Below, in pieces: positions 19,918 through 32,401 of a stretch of DNA of 64,000 nucleotides. The notes under the pieces are model-generated. The model worked only from the letters and a program-made list of their open reading frames with translations. It was not told the origin of the DNA and did no database searches. Position 1 is the first letter of the stretch; every line of letters starts with the position of its first letter. The position numbers were made by a program, and so were the translations under genes. Source of the stretch: Polyangiaceae bacterium. Lineage in GTDB: Bacteria; Myxococcota_A; Polyangia; Polyangiales; Polyangiaceae. The stretch spans positions 30,283 to 94,282 of the forward strand of contig JBNKBE010000024.1 of assembly GCA_050287085.1 (NCBI GenBank), in the 5' to 3' direction.

Positions 19918-22247
19918 GGGCTCACCCCTCCAACGATTTCGGCAAGAAGCCCCTCCGTCTCCTTCTCAAGTACGGCGATGTCAGAGCGGATCTCGGCGAG
20001 TGTGCGGAGCGGTGCAGGCTTGTAGAAGTGTCGGGTGAAGCTCACCTCGTAGCCGATCTTGGCGCTCTTCGCGTCGTACCAGGCGTCCTCCGCGTAGGGC
20101 AGCACCTCTCGACGAATGAAGGCGTCGATGCCGCCATCTTCGAGCAGAGGCACCTGTTCGGTATCGCGCAGGTCCGGGTCGTGCTCGTACTCAACGACAC
20201 ACGGCTTTCCGTCTATGGTCGCTTCAAAGCGCCCGTGTAGCGGGCTGGCTTTGGCTTTTCCTGGCCTGTGCTGCTTCTTGACCACGCGCGCGGCCCTGGC
20301 GTCGGTCCAGCTAACCGCCGCGTAGATGGCCTTCTTCTCGGTGGCGGTCAGCTTGTGGCCCAGTCGCGCCAGCTCAGCCTCTACCTGGGCTCGGAACGCG
20401 TTGTGGTCCATGAAGACTTCTTTGCCGAGCGCAGACCTCAGTGCAGCCCCTATCTCGGCTAGCTTGGCGTCGCGTGCCCACGTCTTTGGATCGAGAAGCT
20501 TCTTCTGCTTCTTTGCGGGGATCTCTTTCTGCTCTGAACCGCCATCCTCATCGTCGTCCGACTTGCCCCAGTTCTCAATGAGCTGCTTCAGGGCGCCGGC
20601 GATCTTGGAAAAGTTCTCGAAGAGGTCTTCGCCAAGTTCTTCGTAGAGGGCTTGCCGAAGCTCGCTGTCGCCCGAAGCGAATCGGAGACTTTCGATATTG
20701 CTCACGGTGAGCTGACTGCAAAGGCGCAAGGGGCGGTCCACCGTGACCTTCCAATAACCGAATGCCTTGTTCTCGAAGAGCTTCGAGTGCTCACTCTCCT
20801 CCATCGTCAAGAACGCCCGGCAGATGCGCTCAATATTGTCCGCGCTGAGCTCGCAGTTCTTCTGCCCCAGATTCCTCCTCAGCGGCACATACCATTCGGT
20901 GGCATCGATGAGCTGGATCTTGCCTCGCCGCTCGGGGGTCTTTCGATTGGAAAGCACCCAGATGTAGGTGGCGATGCCTGTGTTGTAGAACATGTTCAGT
21001 GGCAGCGCGACGATGGCTTCGAGCAGGTCGTTTTCGATGATCCATCGCCGGATGTTGCTCTCGCCCTGGCCCGCATCACCGGTGAAGAGCGATGAACCAT
21101 TATGTACCTCGGCGATGCGGCTGCCGAGCTTGGTGCCTCGCTTCATCTTCGAGACCATGTTGGCCAGGAAGAGCATCTGCCCATCGCTCGAACGCGTGAT
21201 GAGAGAGAACTCTGGGTCACCATCGTGCTCGACGATGAAGCGCGGATCTTTCAAGCCACTCTTGCCACCCATCCGTTCGAGGTCGCTCTTGTAGCTCTTT
21301 CCGTAAGGAGGATTCGACAACATGAAGTCGAACTCTCGCGACGGGAACGCATCGCTAGACAGGGTGGAGTGCTCGGGCCCACCAACCAGGTTGTCAGCGT
21401 CGTCGCCCTCGCCCTTGAGCAGAAAGTCAGCCTTAGCGATCGCGTAGGTCTCGGCGTTGATCTCTTGCCCGAACATGTGCGTGACGACTTTCTTGCCACG
21501 CTCATTGGCGAGTGTTTCGAGGGTCTCCTCAGCGACAGTCAGCATCCCACCGGTACCGCAGGCGCCGTCGTACAGGAGGTAGGTCCCCGACTCGATCCTG
21601 TCAGCGATCGGCAGGAAGATGAGCTTAGCCATCAGGCGCACGGCATCGCGCGGAGTCCAGTGCTCTCCCGCCTCCTCGTTGTTGTCCTCGTTGAAGCGAC
21701 GAACCAGCTCTTCGAAAACCGTGCCCATGGCATGGTTGTCGAGGCCAGGGTGCTTCACCGTGTTGTTGCCGTTGAGCACCGGCTTCGGGCTCAAGTTGAT
21801 AGCGGGGTCGAGGAACTTCTCGATCAACGTGCCAAGCGCGTCTGCGCGGGAAAGCTTGGGTACCTGGTGGCGAAAGTCGAAATTGCTGATGATCTCTTGC
21901 ACGTTTGGCGAGAAGCCATCCAGGTAGGCGATGAAATCGTCGCGTAGGTTCTGCTGGCTGGCCCGATGGCGCAGGTCGCGTAGCGTGAACTTCGACGTGT
22001 TGTAGAACGCCTCACCCGCGGCCTGACGCAAGGCTTGATCTTGGTTGGTGACGCCAGCCTCGTCCAATGAGGCTTTCATCTCGAGGACGCCCTTCTTGGT
22101 GCCCTCAAGCACGGCATCCAGGCGCCGAATCACGACCATTGGGAGAATGACGTCGCGATACTTCCCGCGCACGTACAGGTCCCTGAGCACATCGTCTGCG
22201 ATGCCCCAGATGAAGTTGGTGATCCAGCTCAGCTCAGAACTCTTCAT
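19914..22247 (-). CDS. hsdM: Type I R-M methyltransferase subunit M (m6A)
   Basis: AGEHWTPRD, YDGACGTGGML, GQEIN, SNPPY; start at MKSSELSW with SD. Confidence 0.93.
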   Translation of the reverse strand: MKSSELSWITNFIWGIADDVLRDLYVRGKYRDVILPMVVIRRLDAVLEGTKKGVLEMKASLDEAGVTNQDQALRQAAGEAFYNTSKFTLRDLRHRASQQNLRDDFIAYLDGFSPNVQEIISNFDFRHQVPKLSRADALGTLIEKFLDPAINLSPKPVLNGNNTVKHPGLDNHAMGTVFEELVRRFNEDNNEEAGEHWTPRDAVRLMAKLIFLPIADRIESGTYLLYDGACGTGGMLTVAEETLETLANERGKKVVTHMFGQEINAETYAIAKADFLLKGEGDDADNLVGGPEHSTLSSDAFPSREFDFMLSNPPYGKSYKSDLERMGGKSGLKDPRFIVEHDGDPEFSLITRSSDGQMLFLANMVSKMKRGTKLGSRIAEVHNGSSLFTGDAGQGESNIRRWIIENDLLEAIVALPLNMFYNTGIATYIWVLSNRKTPERRGKIQLIDATEWYVPLRRNLGQKNCELSADNIERICRAFLTMEESEHSKLFENKAFGYWKVTVDRPLRLCSQLTVSNIESLRFASGDSELRQALYEELGEDLFENFSKIAGALKQLIENWGKSDDDEDGGSEQKEIPAKKQKKLLDPKTWARDAKLAEIGAALRSALGKEVFMDHNAFRAQVEAELARLGHKLTATEKKAIYAAVSWTDARAARVVKKQHRPGKAKASPLHGRFEATIDGKPCVVEYEHDPDLRDTEQVPLLEDGGIDAFIRREVLPYAEDAWYDAKSAKIGYEVSFTRHFYKPAPLRTLAEIRSDIAVLEKETEGLLAEIVGGVSP

Positions 22248-22296
22248 TCTTGGTCTCCGGCGGGAAGAGTCCCCCCACGAATCTGTGTCTTCATCC

Positions 22297-22491
22297 TCAT
22301 TGCTCGTCCGCGGCCTTGTTGGCCGCTTCTTCCTTCTGTTTCGCAATCCACTTGTCGAGATCCGCCTTCTCGAACCGCCAGCTTCCGCCCACCTTGAACC
22401 CAGGGAGCTCGCCCCGATTCACCAGCCGGTACACCGTCTTTGGATCGATGTTCAGGTATTCAGCGACGTCCTGGACGGTCATGGCGGTCAT
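22297..22491 (-). CDS. Excisionase-family HTH DNA-binding protein
   Basis: MTVQDVAEYLNIDPKTVYRLVNRGELPGFKVGGSWRF typical HTH_17; SD GGGAG. Confidence 0.85.
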   Translation of the reverse strand: MTAMTVQDVAEYLNIDPKTVYRLVNRGELPGFKVGGSWRFEKADLDKWIAKQKEEAANKAADEQ

Positions 22492-22610
22492 GCGCAGCGG
22501 CTCCCTCGTGGTCACTCGGCCTCGTGAGACAGGTGGGTACGGTAGTCCAAAATTGTCCAACAGACAATGCCAAAACGCAGGGAATTCCAGCGGTTGTGCG
22601 TAGATCGCAG

Positions 22611-23075
22611 CTAGGAGGTGAACTGGGGGTCGGGCACGATCTCGCGCCACTGGGCCCGCTGCGCGCCCCAGTCCCCCGCGTAGATCACCGCCCGCAGGTC
22701 CCGCTCGCTCATGGGCTCCCGGCCGTCGACAGCCTCGAGGAAGAGCACCTGCTCCTGGATGTCCGGGGCCAGCAGCATGAGGTTCATGAGCTGAGTGATT
22801 CGCGCCCGCGTGAGCTGGAAGTGCCGGGCGGCGTCGGCCTGGTCGCGGAAGTCGCCCCGCTCGATGGCGGCACCCAGGCCGTGGGCGAAAGCCAGCATCT
22901 GGGCCACCCGGGCCGGGCGACGAGCGGGGTCGTGGACGGGCTTGGGCTCGGGGGGCTTCTCGGTGAAGACGTAGCCTCGGCCGCGGCGTTTGCGGAAGAG
23001 CTTGCCGGTCAGCACGAGGGTGTCGCCGTCCGTCTTTTCGGCATGCTGGGTGGGGAGCACGGCTTCGTCAGTCAT
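22611..23075 (-). CDS. Recombinase-associated HTH-like protein
   Basis: ATGA-coupled to the serine recombinase; AARHFQLTRARITQLMNL..LAPDIQE HTH-like segment. Confidence 0.65.
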   Translation of the reverse strand: MTDEAVLPTQHAEKTDGDTLVLTGKLFRKRRGRGYVFTEKPPEPKPVHDPARRPARVAQMLAFAHGLGAAIERGDFRDQADAARHFQLTRARITQLMNLMLLAPDIQEQVLFLEAVDGREPMSERDLRAVIYAGDWGAQRAQWREIVPDPQFTS

Positions 23076-24700
23076 GGGGTGGCCTCCATCGCAACCGGGG
23101 CGGGCACGGGCTCGCCGGCCTCGGCTTCATCCGTTCGGTCGTCCTGGCGATCCGGTGCGCCGAGGTCGTTGAGCATCACGGTGACCTCGTTCTCGGGCTC
23201 GTTGACGATGACCTTCTTCACGACGGCTTCGATGAGGCGCATGCGGTTGGCCGGCGACATCACGTCCCAGACGGTGTCGAAGGTCTTCAGCGCGCCGCTG
23301 ACCCAGCGACCCTCGGACTGCAAGTCGTCGAGGCCGTTGAGGGTACGCTCGACTTCGACCAGGCGCATCTCGTGCTTGGCCATGGCCTGCCCCAGCTGGT
23401 CGATGCGGGTCTCGATTTGCCGACGCGCCGACTCGTTGACGCCGATGATGGTGTCGATGAGCTTCTTGATCTCCGACGACAGCTCCGCGATCAACGCGGG
23501 CAGCTTCTTCTGCTCGCGCACGAGGGAGCCACGCTTCTGCTCAAAGTAGGCGTCCATGCGACGGGTCACTTCGTCGGCGAGGTTGCCGTCGGCGGTCACG
23601 TCGCGGATGCGGGTGACCACGAAGCTCTCGATGGCGTTGGCGGGTAGCGGTCGCGCGTCGCAAGCGCGCCGGCCTCGCTTGTCTCGGTTGACGCACTGGT
23701 AATAGCGGTAGCGCTTGGTGTTGCCCTTCTTCTTGCTGGTGCTCTTGCCGGTCATGGCGTAGCCACAGACACAGAAGAGCCGCCCGGACAGCAGGTACTC
23801 GCCGCTGCGCGGCTTGCCGGTCCGGCCCGCCCCGAACTTCTTCAGGTAGACCTGCACGCGGTGGAAGATGGCCGGCTCGATGATGGCCTCGTGTTCACCC
23901 TCGAAGACCTCGTCGCGGTACGGCATCAGGCCGGCGTACGCGGGGTTCTTCAGAATCCGAAGGACGACATCCTTGCTCCATGCCCGCCCCGGCCGGACGC
24001 GCCCCTTGCGAGTGGTGCGCTGCTTGGTGAGCTGGTGCGCCTCGTTGAGATGCTGGGCGATCGACAGGGCCGACTGACGGTCGAGGTAGCGCTCGAAGAT
24101 CTCGCGCACCACCTGGGCCTCGTGCTCCACGATCACCAGCTTCTTATCTTGTGCCTCATAGCCGATGGGCACCGCACCGCCGGTCCACTTCCCGCGCCGG
24201 CGGGAGCCGGCGATCTTGTCGCGCGTCCGCTCGCTGATCATCTCACGTTCAAACTCCGCGAAGGACATCAGGACGTTGAGCGTGAGACGGCCCATTGCGT
24301 CGGCCGTGGAGAAGTTCTGGGTGACCGACACGAAGGCGGCACCGGCCTTGTTGAACCGATCCATCACCTTGGCGAAGTCGAGAAGCGAGCGGCTGAGGCG
24401 GTCGACCTTGTAGACCACCACCACGTCGACACGGCCGGCGTCGATGTCGTTGAGCAATCGGGCGAAGGCGGGCCGGTCGATGTTCGCGCCGGTGAAGCCG
24501 CCGTCGTCGTAGCGCGTGTCGGTGAGCTTCCAGCCGAGGTGTGCTTGGCTCTTGATGTACTGCTCGCAGGCCTCCCGCTGGGCGTCGAGGGAGTTGAAGT
24601 CGCGCTCGAGGCCCTTGTCCGTCGACTTGCGCGTATAGATCGCGACGCGCTTCGGTTCGACGGTGGGCACGCCCGCGGTGTTGGCCTGGCCGTTCTTCAT
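23072..24700 (-). CDS. Large serine recombinase (resolvase + recombinase + Zn-ribbon + coiled coil)
   Basis: AIYTRKST catalytic Ser, DDGGFTG..RPAF, VYKVDRLSRS, FAEFERE, LKNPAYAG, CVCG..YYQC..C. Confidence 0.93.
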   Translation of the reverse strand: MKNGQANTAGVPTVEPKRVAIYTRKSTDKGLERDFNSLDAQREACEQYIKSQAHLGWKLTDTRYDDGGFTGANIDRPAFARLLNDIDAGRVDVVVVYKVDRLSRSLLDFAKVMDRFNKAGAAFVSVTQNFSTADAMGRLTLNVLMSFAEFEREMISERTRDKIAGSRRRGKWTGGAVPIGYEAQDKKLVIVEHEAQVVREIFERYLDRQSALSIAQHLNEAHQLTKQRTTRKGRVRPGRAWSKDVVLRILKNPAYAGLMPYRDEVFEGEHEAIIEPAIFHRVQVYLKKFGAGRTGKPRSGEYLLSGRLFCVCGYAMTGKSTSKKKGNTKRYRYYQCVNRDKRGRRACDARPLPANAIESFVVTRIRDVTADGNLADEVTRRMDAYFEQKRGSLVREQKKLPALIAELSSEIKKLIDTIIGVNESARRQIETRIDQLGQAMAKHEMRLVEVERTLNGLDDLQSEGRWVSGALKTFDTVWDVMSPANRMRLIEAVVKKVIVNEPENEVTVMLNDLGAPDRQDDRTDEAEAGEPVPAPVAMEATP

Positions 24701-25233
24701 TCGCTGGACGCCTCCGTGCTCTGGCTGGCCCGGCTCCGGCTGCGCTTCTGCAGGCGAAAGAACAGGTAGCCGTTCCAGTTGGTGCCGGTGATCTCGCGGG
24801 CAACCCGAGACAGCGTTGCGTAGCGGCGGCCGGCGTACTCGAAGTCTTCGTCGCGAACGATCACCTCGTGAGTTTCGCCGCCCCACTCGCGGGAGACCAC
24901 CGTGCCGGGCTCCGGCAAGCGGGGGTCTCGCTCCGACTTGGGCTCTGGTCGTGGCTTGCCGATCAGCGGTCGCCACCGAGCTGGCGCGAACACGGCCAGC
25001 TCCTCGATGCGCTCGACCGCCCGAGGCGACAAGCCGCCCTCAGCCAGCTCCTGGATGCGCCAGGAGATCTTCTTCTGCAGGTACGCCTTGTTGCGCGAGC
25101 GGGTCGGCTCGCCGAAGACCTCGCGGTACTTCTCGGTCAGCTCCCCGACCGTCATGTTGGCGACGGCGTCGAGCTCGGTCGCCACATCGACGATGGCCCG
25201 TTGCTCCGACCGCCTTTCTCCGACTGCTTTCAT
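24697..25233 (-). CDS. DUF2924 family protein
   Basis: ISWRIQELAEGGLS, PGTVVSREWGG, LSRVAREITGTNWNGYLFF; start may extend to 25362 (TGATG overlap). Confidence 0.85.
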   Translation of the reverse strand: MKAVGERRSEQRAIVDVATELDAVANMTVGELTEKYREVFGEPTRSRNKAYLQKKISWRIQELAEGGLSPRAVERIEELAVFAPARWRPLIGKPRPEPKSERDPRLPEPGTVVSREWGGETHEVIVRDEDFEYAGRRYATLSRVAREITGTNWNGYLFFRLQKRSRSRASQSTEASSE

Positions 25234-25361
25234 CTCATGCCTCCGATGGCCGGGTTCACCGGGCCCGGCTCTCAGAGCCATGGAGGCGTTCTCTGGGCGG
25301 TAAAGCAACTCGAAATCCCCAGTAGATTCGAGCGATTGACTGGCGGTTGCAGCGTCCGACA

Positions 25362-28457
<3,096 letters not shown>

Positions 28458-28491
28458 CGGCTACCTCCGCGCCTTGATCGAGGTGCGTGCT

Positions 28492-29942
<1,451 letters not shown>

Positions 29943-29946
<4 letters not shown>

Positions 29947-30671
29947 GCGAAGGGGTCCACTTCTTCCGGCTGGCTCTGCTTGGCGAGGAGCTGGTCGATG
30001 AAGGCCCGCGCGGCCGTCTCGTGCTTGGCCTCGAGGTCGCGCACGCGCTGCACGCCAAACTCGGCGAGAAAGGCATCCACATCCGAGCGCGGCAGGGCCT
30101 TGAGCTTGGCGACCAGGTCACCGGCGACGCGCGGGTCGATGGGCCCAGCGGCGTTGCTCGGCTTCTTGGTGGCCGTCGAGCCCTTGCCGCTGGCGTCCTC
30201 GTCGTTGCCGGCGCCGATGGACTTGAGGTCGTGCGCCTCGGCGGCGGCGATGCGCGCCCGCATCTCGTCGTCGAGCTTCTCCTCGGGCAGGATGCTGTAG
30301 GTCGTCTTCGGATCGCCGGCGTCGCCGTGGCGCTCGATCTCGAAGAGCCACTTGTCGAGGCCGTACTTGTCGCGGACCTTCAGCACGTCCTTGAACCAGA
30401 CCGTGCCGCCCTCGATGACCTTCATCGCGCCCTCGGCGGGCACGTAGAAGTTCAGCATCACGCGCAGGCTGGGCCGCTTGCCCTGGTGCGCGCTGTTGTT
30501 CTCGTCGAACTGCTCGTAGCGCTCGCCCGTCCAGATCACCTCACGGGCGTAGGGCTCGCCGCAGAACGCGCCGACGATCTTGTCTCCGTTGGCCGCGAGC
30601 CGAACGAAGATGCCGCCCGAGTTCGCGTGCTTGTCGGCCATCGTCGTGGCCAGGTCCCATGCAGTCGTCAT
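29943..30671 (-). CDS. Putative phage ssDNA-binding protein
   Basis: Position before helicase/primase; OB-like beta pattern (FEIERHG..TTYSILP); acidic-aromatic tail EEVDPFA. Confidence 0.55.
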
Positions 30672-30702
30672 TTCCTTGGTCCTCCAGTGTTGTGTCGGTT
30701 GT

Positions 30703-30945
30703 TCAGGCCGCCTCGGCAGCCAGGGAATCCATCTCGTCGAGCAGTCCGTGCAGGGCGCTCTTCGCCTCGTCGCTCGGGCGCGGACCCGAGCGGTTCAGGT
30801 GGGCTCGGAAGACGCGACCGAGGGCATCGGCCGTCGCCTCCACAAGCTCGGGCTCGGCGTCGTAGAGCTCGAAGAGCCCGATGAGGCTGAGCGTCACTTC
30901 TCGAAAGGCGCGGGTGAGCGCCGGTCGCTGGTCTTTGGTGCTCAT
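30703..30945 (-). CDS. Hypothetical protein (80 aa)
   Basis: Strong SD AAAGGAGG; coding-like composition. Confidence 0.65.
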   Translation of the reverse strand: MSTKDQRPALTRAFREVTLSLIGLFELYDAEPELVEATADALGRVFRAHLNRSGPRPSDEAKSALHGLLDEMDSLAAEAA

Positions 30946-31880
30946 GGCTTCTGACCTCCTTTGCGGGCTCGGTGGGTTCCGCCGTGCGGCGGGCTTGCCG
31001 AGTCACAGGAGGTCAAAGCCTGGGTGGGGTTCGGTCGGGGACACGCGGTTTGGGGACACTCGAAATCGACCCGCAGCTCCGCGAGCACCTCACGCAGCCG
31101 AGCGATGGCCCGCGAGTGGCGCCGCTTGATGCGCTGGTAGGTTCGACGCCGCTCCGGTGGGGACAGGTCCGGGTGAACGCGATCGACGTACGACGTCAGC
31201 AGCTCGCCGCGCACCAGAGTGGCGACCACCAGCTCGAGCTTGTCGCCGTCCAAGATGTGACCGGCGCGCTCCACCAAGAACGACACCAGCGCGGCGTTCT
31301 CCTTCGGATCGCGGCGGCGCGGCTTGTTCGGCTTGGTCTCGGGCCAGCTCGCCAGGTGCCCCAGGGTTTCGAGATCGTCTTGCCTGCGCGAGATGTCGTC
31401 GGGGTCGTCGAAGCGCACCTGCTCGAGGTCGCGTTGCTCGGCCCGCACCCGCTTGAAGACCTCGCGCTGGGTCATTTGGCGCAGGTACATGCAGGTGCGA
31501 TCGCGCCGCTGACTCAGTGGGAAGTCGCGGACGACCTCGAAGAACGACGAGAGCACGATCTGGTCGAGGTCGTCGCCCGGGACGGCGTCACCGAAGATGC
31601 GACCACGCAGACGCGCCAGCATCGGGTAGAAGGCGACGACGAGCACCGCATTCCAGAACGGATGCGGCCGTCGCTTGTGCTCGCGGAGCAGCGCCCGGGT
31701 GAGCGCCTCCTTCTCCGCGTAGCGCAGCGCCGATTCGTCGCCGAGGACGGCGAGCACGCTGAGCACGGTCTCGTGCTCGCGCAGCTCCAGTTGGTGTTTC
31801 TTGGCTTCTTCAAAACGCTTCTGGTTTCTCTCTGCACGCACCTCGGCTCTGAGGGCGCACTTCATCTGATGAAGGCCCAT
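30942..31880 (-). CDS. Phage-encoded sigma70/ECF-like factor
   Basis: Region-2-like DDLDQIVLSSFFEVVRDF..YLRQMTQREVFK and region-4-like C-term IKRRHSRAIARLREVL; SD GGAGG. Confidence 0.65.
   Translation of the reverse strand: MGLHQMKCALRAEVRAERNQKRFEEAKKHQLELREHETVLSVLAVLGDESALRYAEKEALTRALLREHKRRPHPFWNAVLVVAFYPMLARLRGRIFGDAVPGDDLDQIVLSSFFEVVRDFPLSQRRDRTCMYLRQMTQREVFKRVRAEQRDLEQVRFDDPDDISRRQDDLETLGHLASWPETKPNKPRRRDPKENAALVSFLVERAGHILDGDKLELVVATLVRGELLTSYVDRVHPDLSPPERRRTYQRIKRRHSRAIARLREVLAELRVDFECPQTACPRPNPTQALTSCDSASPPHGGTHRARKGGQKP
31012..31042 (-). promoter_or_regulatory. Phage motif copy GTCCCC-N17-GCTTTGAC upstream of the replication operon
   Basis: Matches six + strand copies; its 3' part pairs with the SD/start region of gene 30703-30945. 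Confidence 0.7.
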
Positions 31881-32036
31881 GGGCTCCTCCGCTCGCGGCG
31901 GTGGCCATCGGCGCGTCCCGGCTGGGGCGCGGTGCCGATGGGCCTCGAGGAGCCTCTGGCGTTGCCGCTCAGTTACTGGTTGTTGGTCAATGGGCCGCCG
32001 CCACGACCACCGCGACGACGGCGGACGTCATCGCGG

Positions 32037-32252
32037 CTACGCACACCTCCGTTCGTGACGGGGGTGGGCATTGCGGGTGTCCAGACGGTTCGCGGCGCCG
32101 CACTTGCGGCAGTCGGTCGCGAGCTCGCCGCGCACGCGGTAGACCGCCGTCTTGTAGCGGACCTCGACCTCGTCGCCGGTGGCGACGCCGAGGAGCGTGC
32201 CGCACTTGCGGCAGCGCCACTGAGAGTTCTGGTGCCCAATTCCTGACTGCAT
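32037..32252 (-). CDS. Mu Com-like Zn-ribbon protein
   Basis: WRCRKCGTLLG..EVEVR..DCRKCGAAN; SD GGAGG. Confidence 0.65.
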   Translation of the reverse strand: MQSGIGHQNSQWRCRKCGTLLGVATGDEVEVRYKTAVYRVRGELATDCRKCGAANRLDTRNAHPRHERRCA

Positions 32253-32401
32253 CTTGTCCTCCGGTTGTTCGGGCTCCGGGGACTTCCCGGACGCCTCGAA
32301 CCGGAGGCGCGACACAGCGATTCGCCGCCGCGACATTTGGCGTCGCGGCAGAATTTCTTCAGAAAATCAGCGGTGTGGGCGATCGGAGACGACGGGCGAG
32401 G

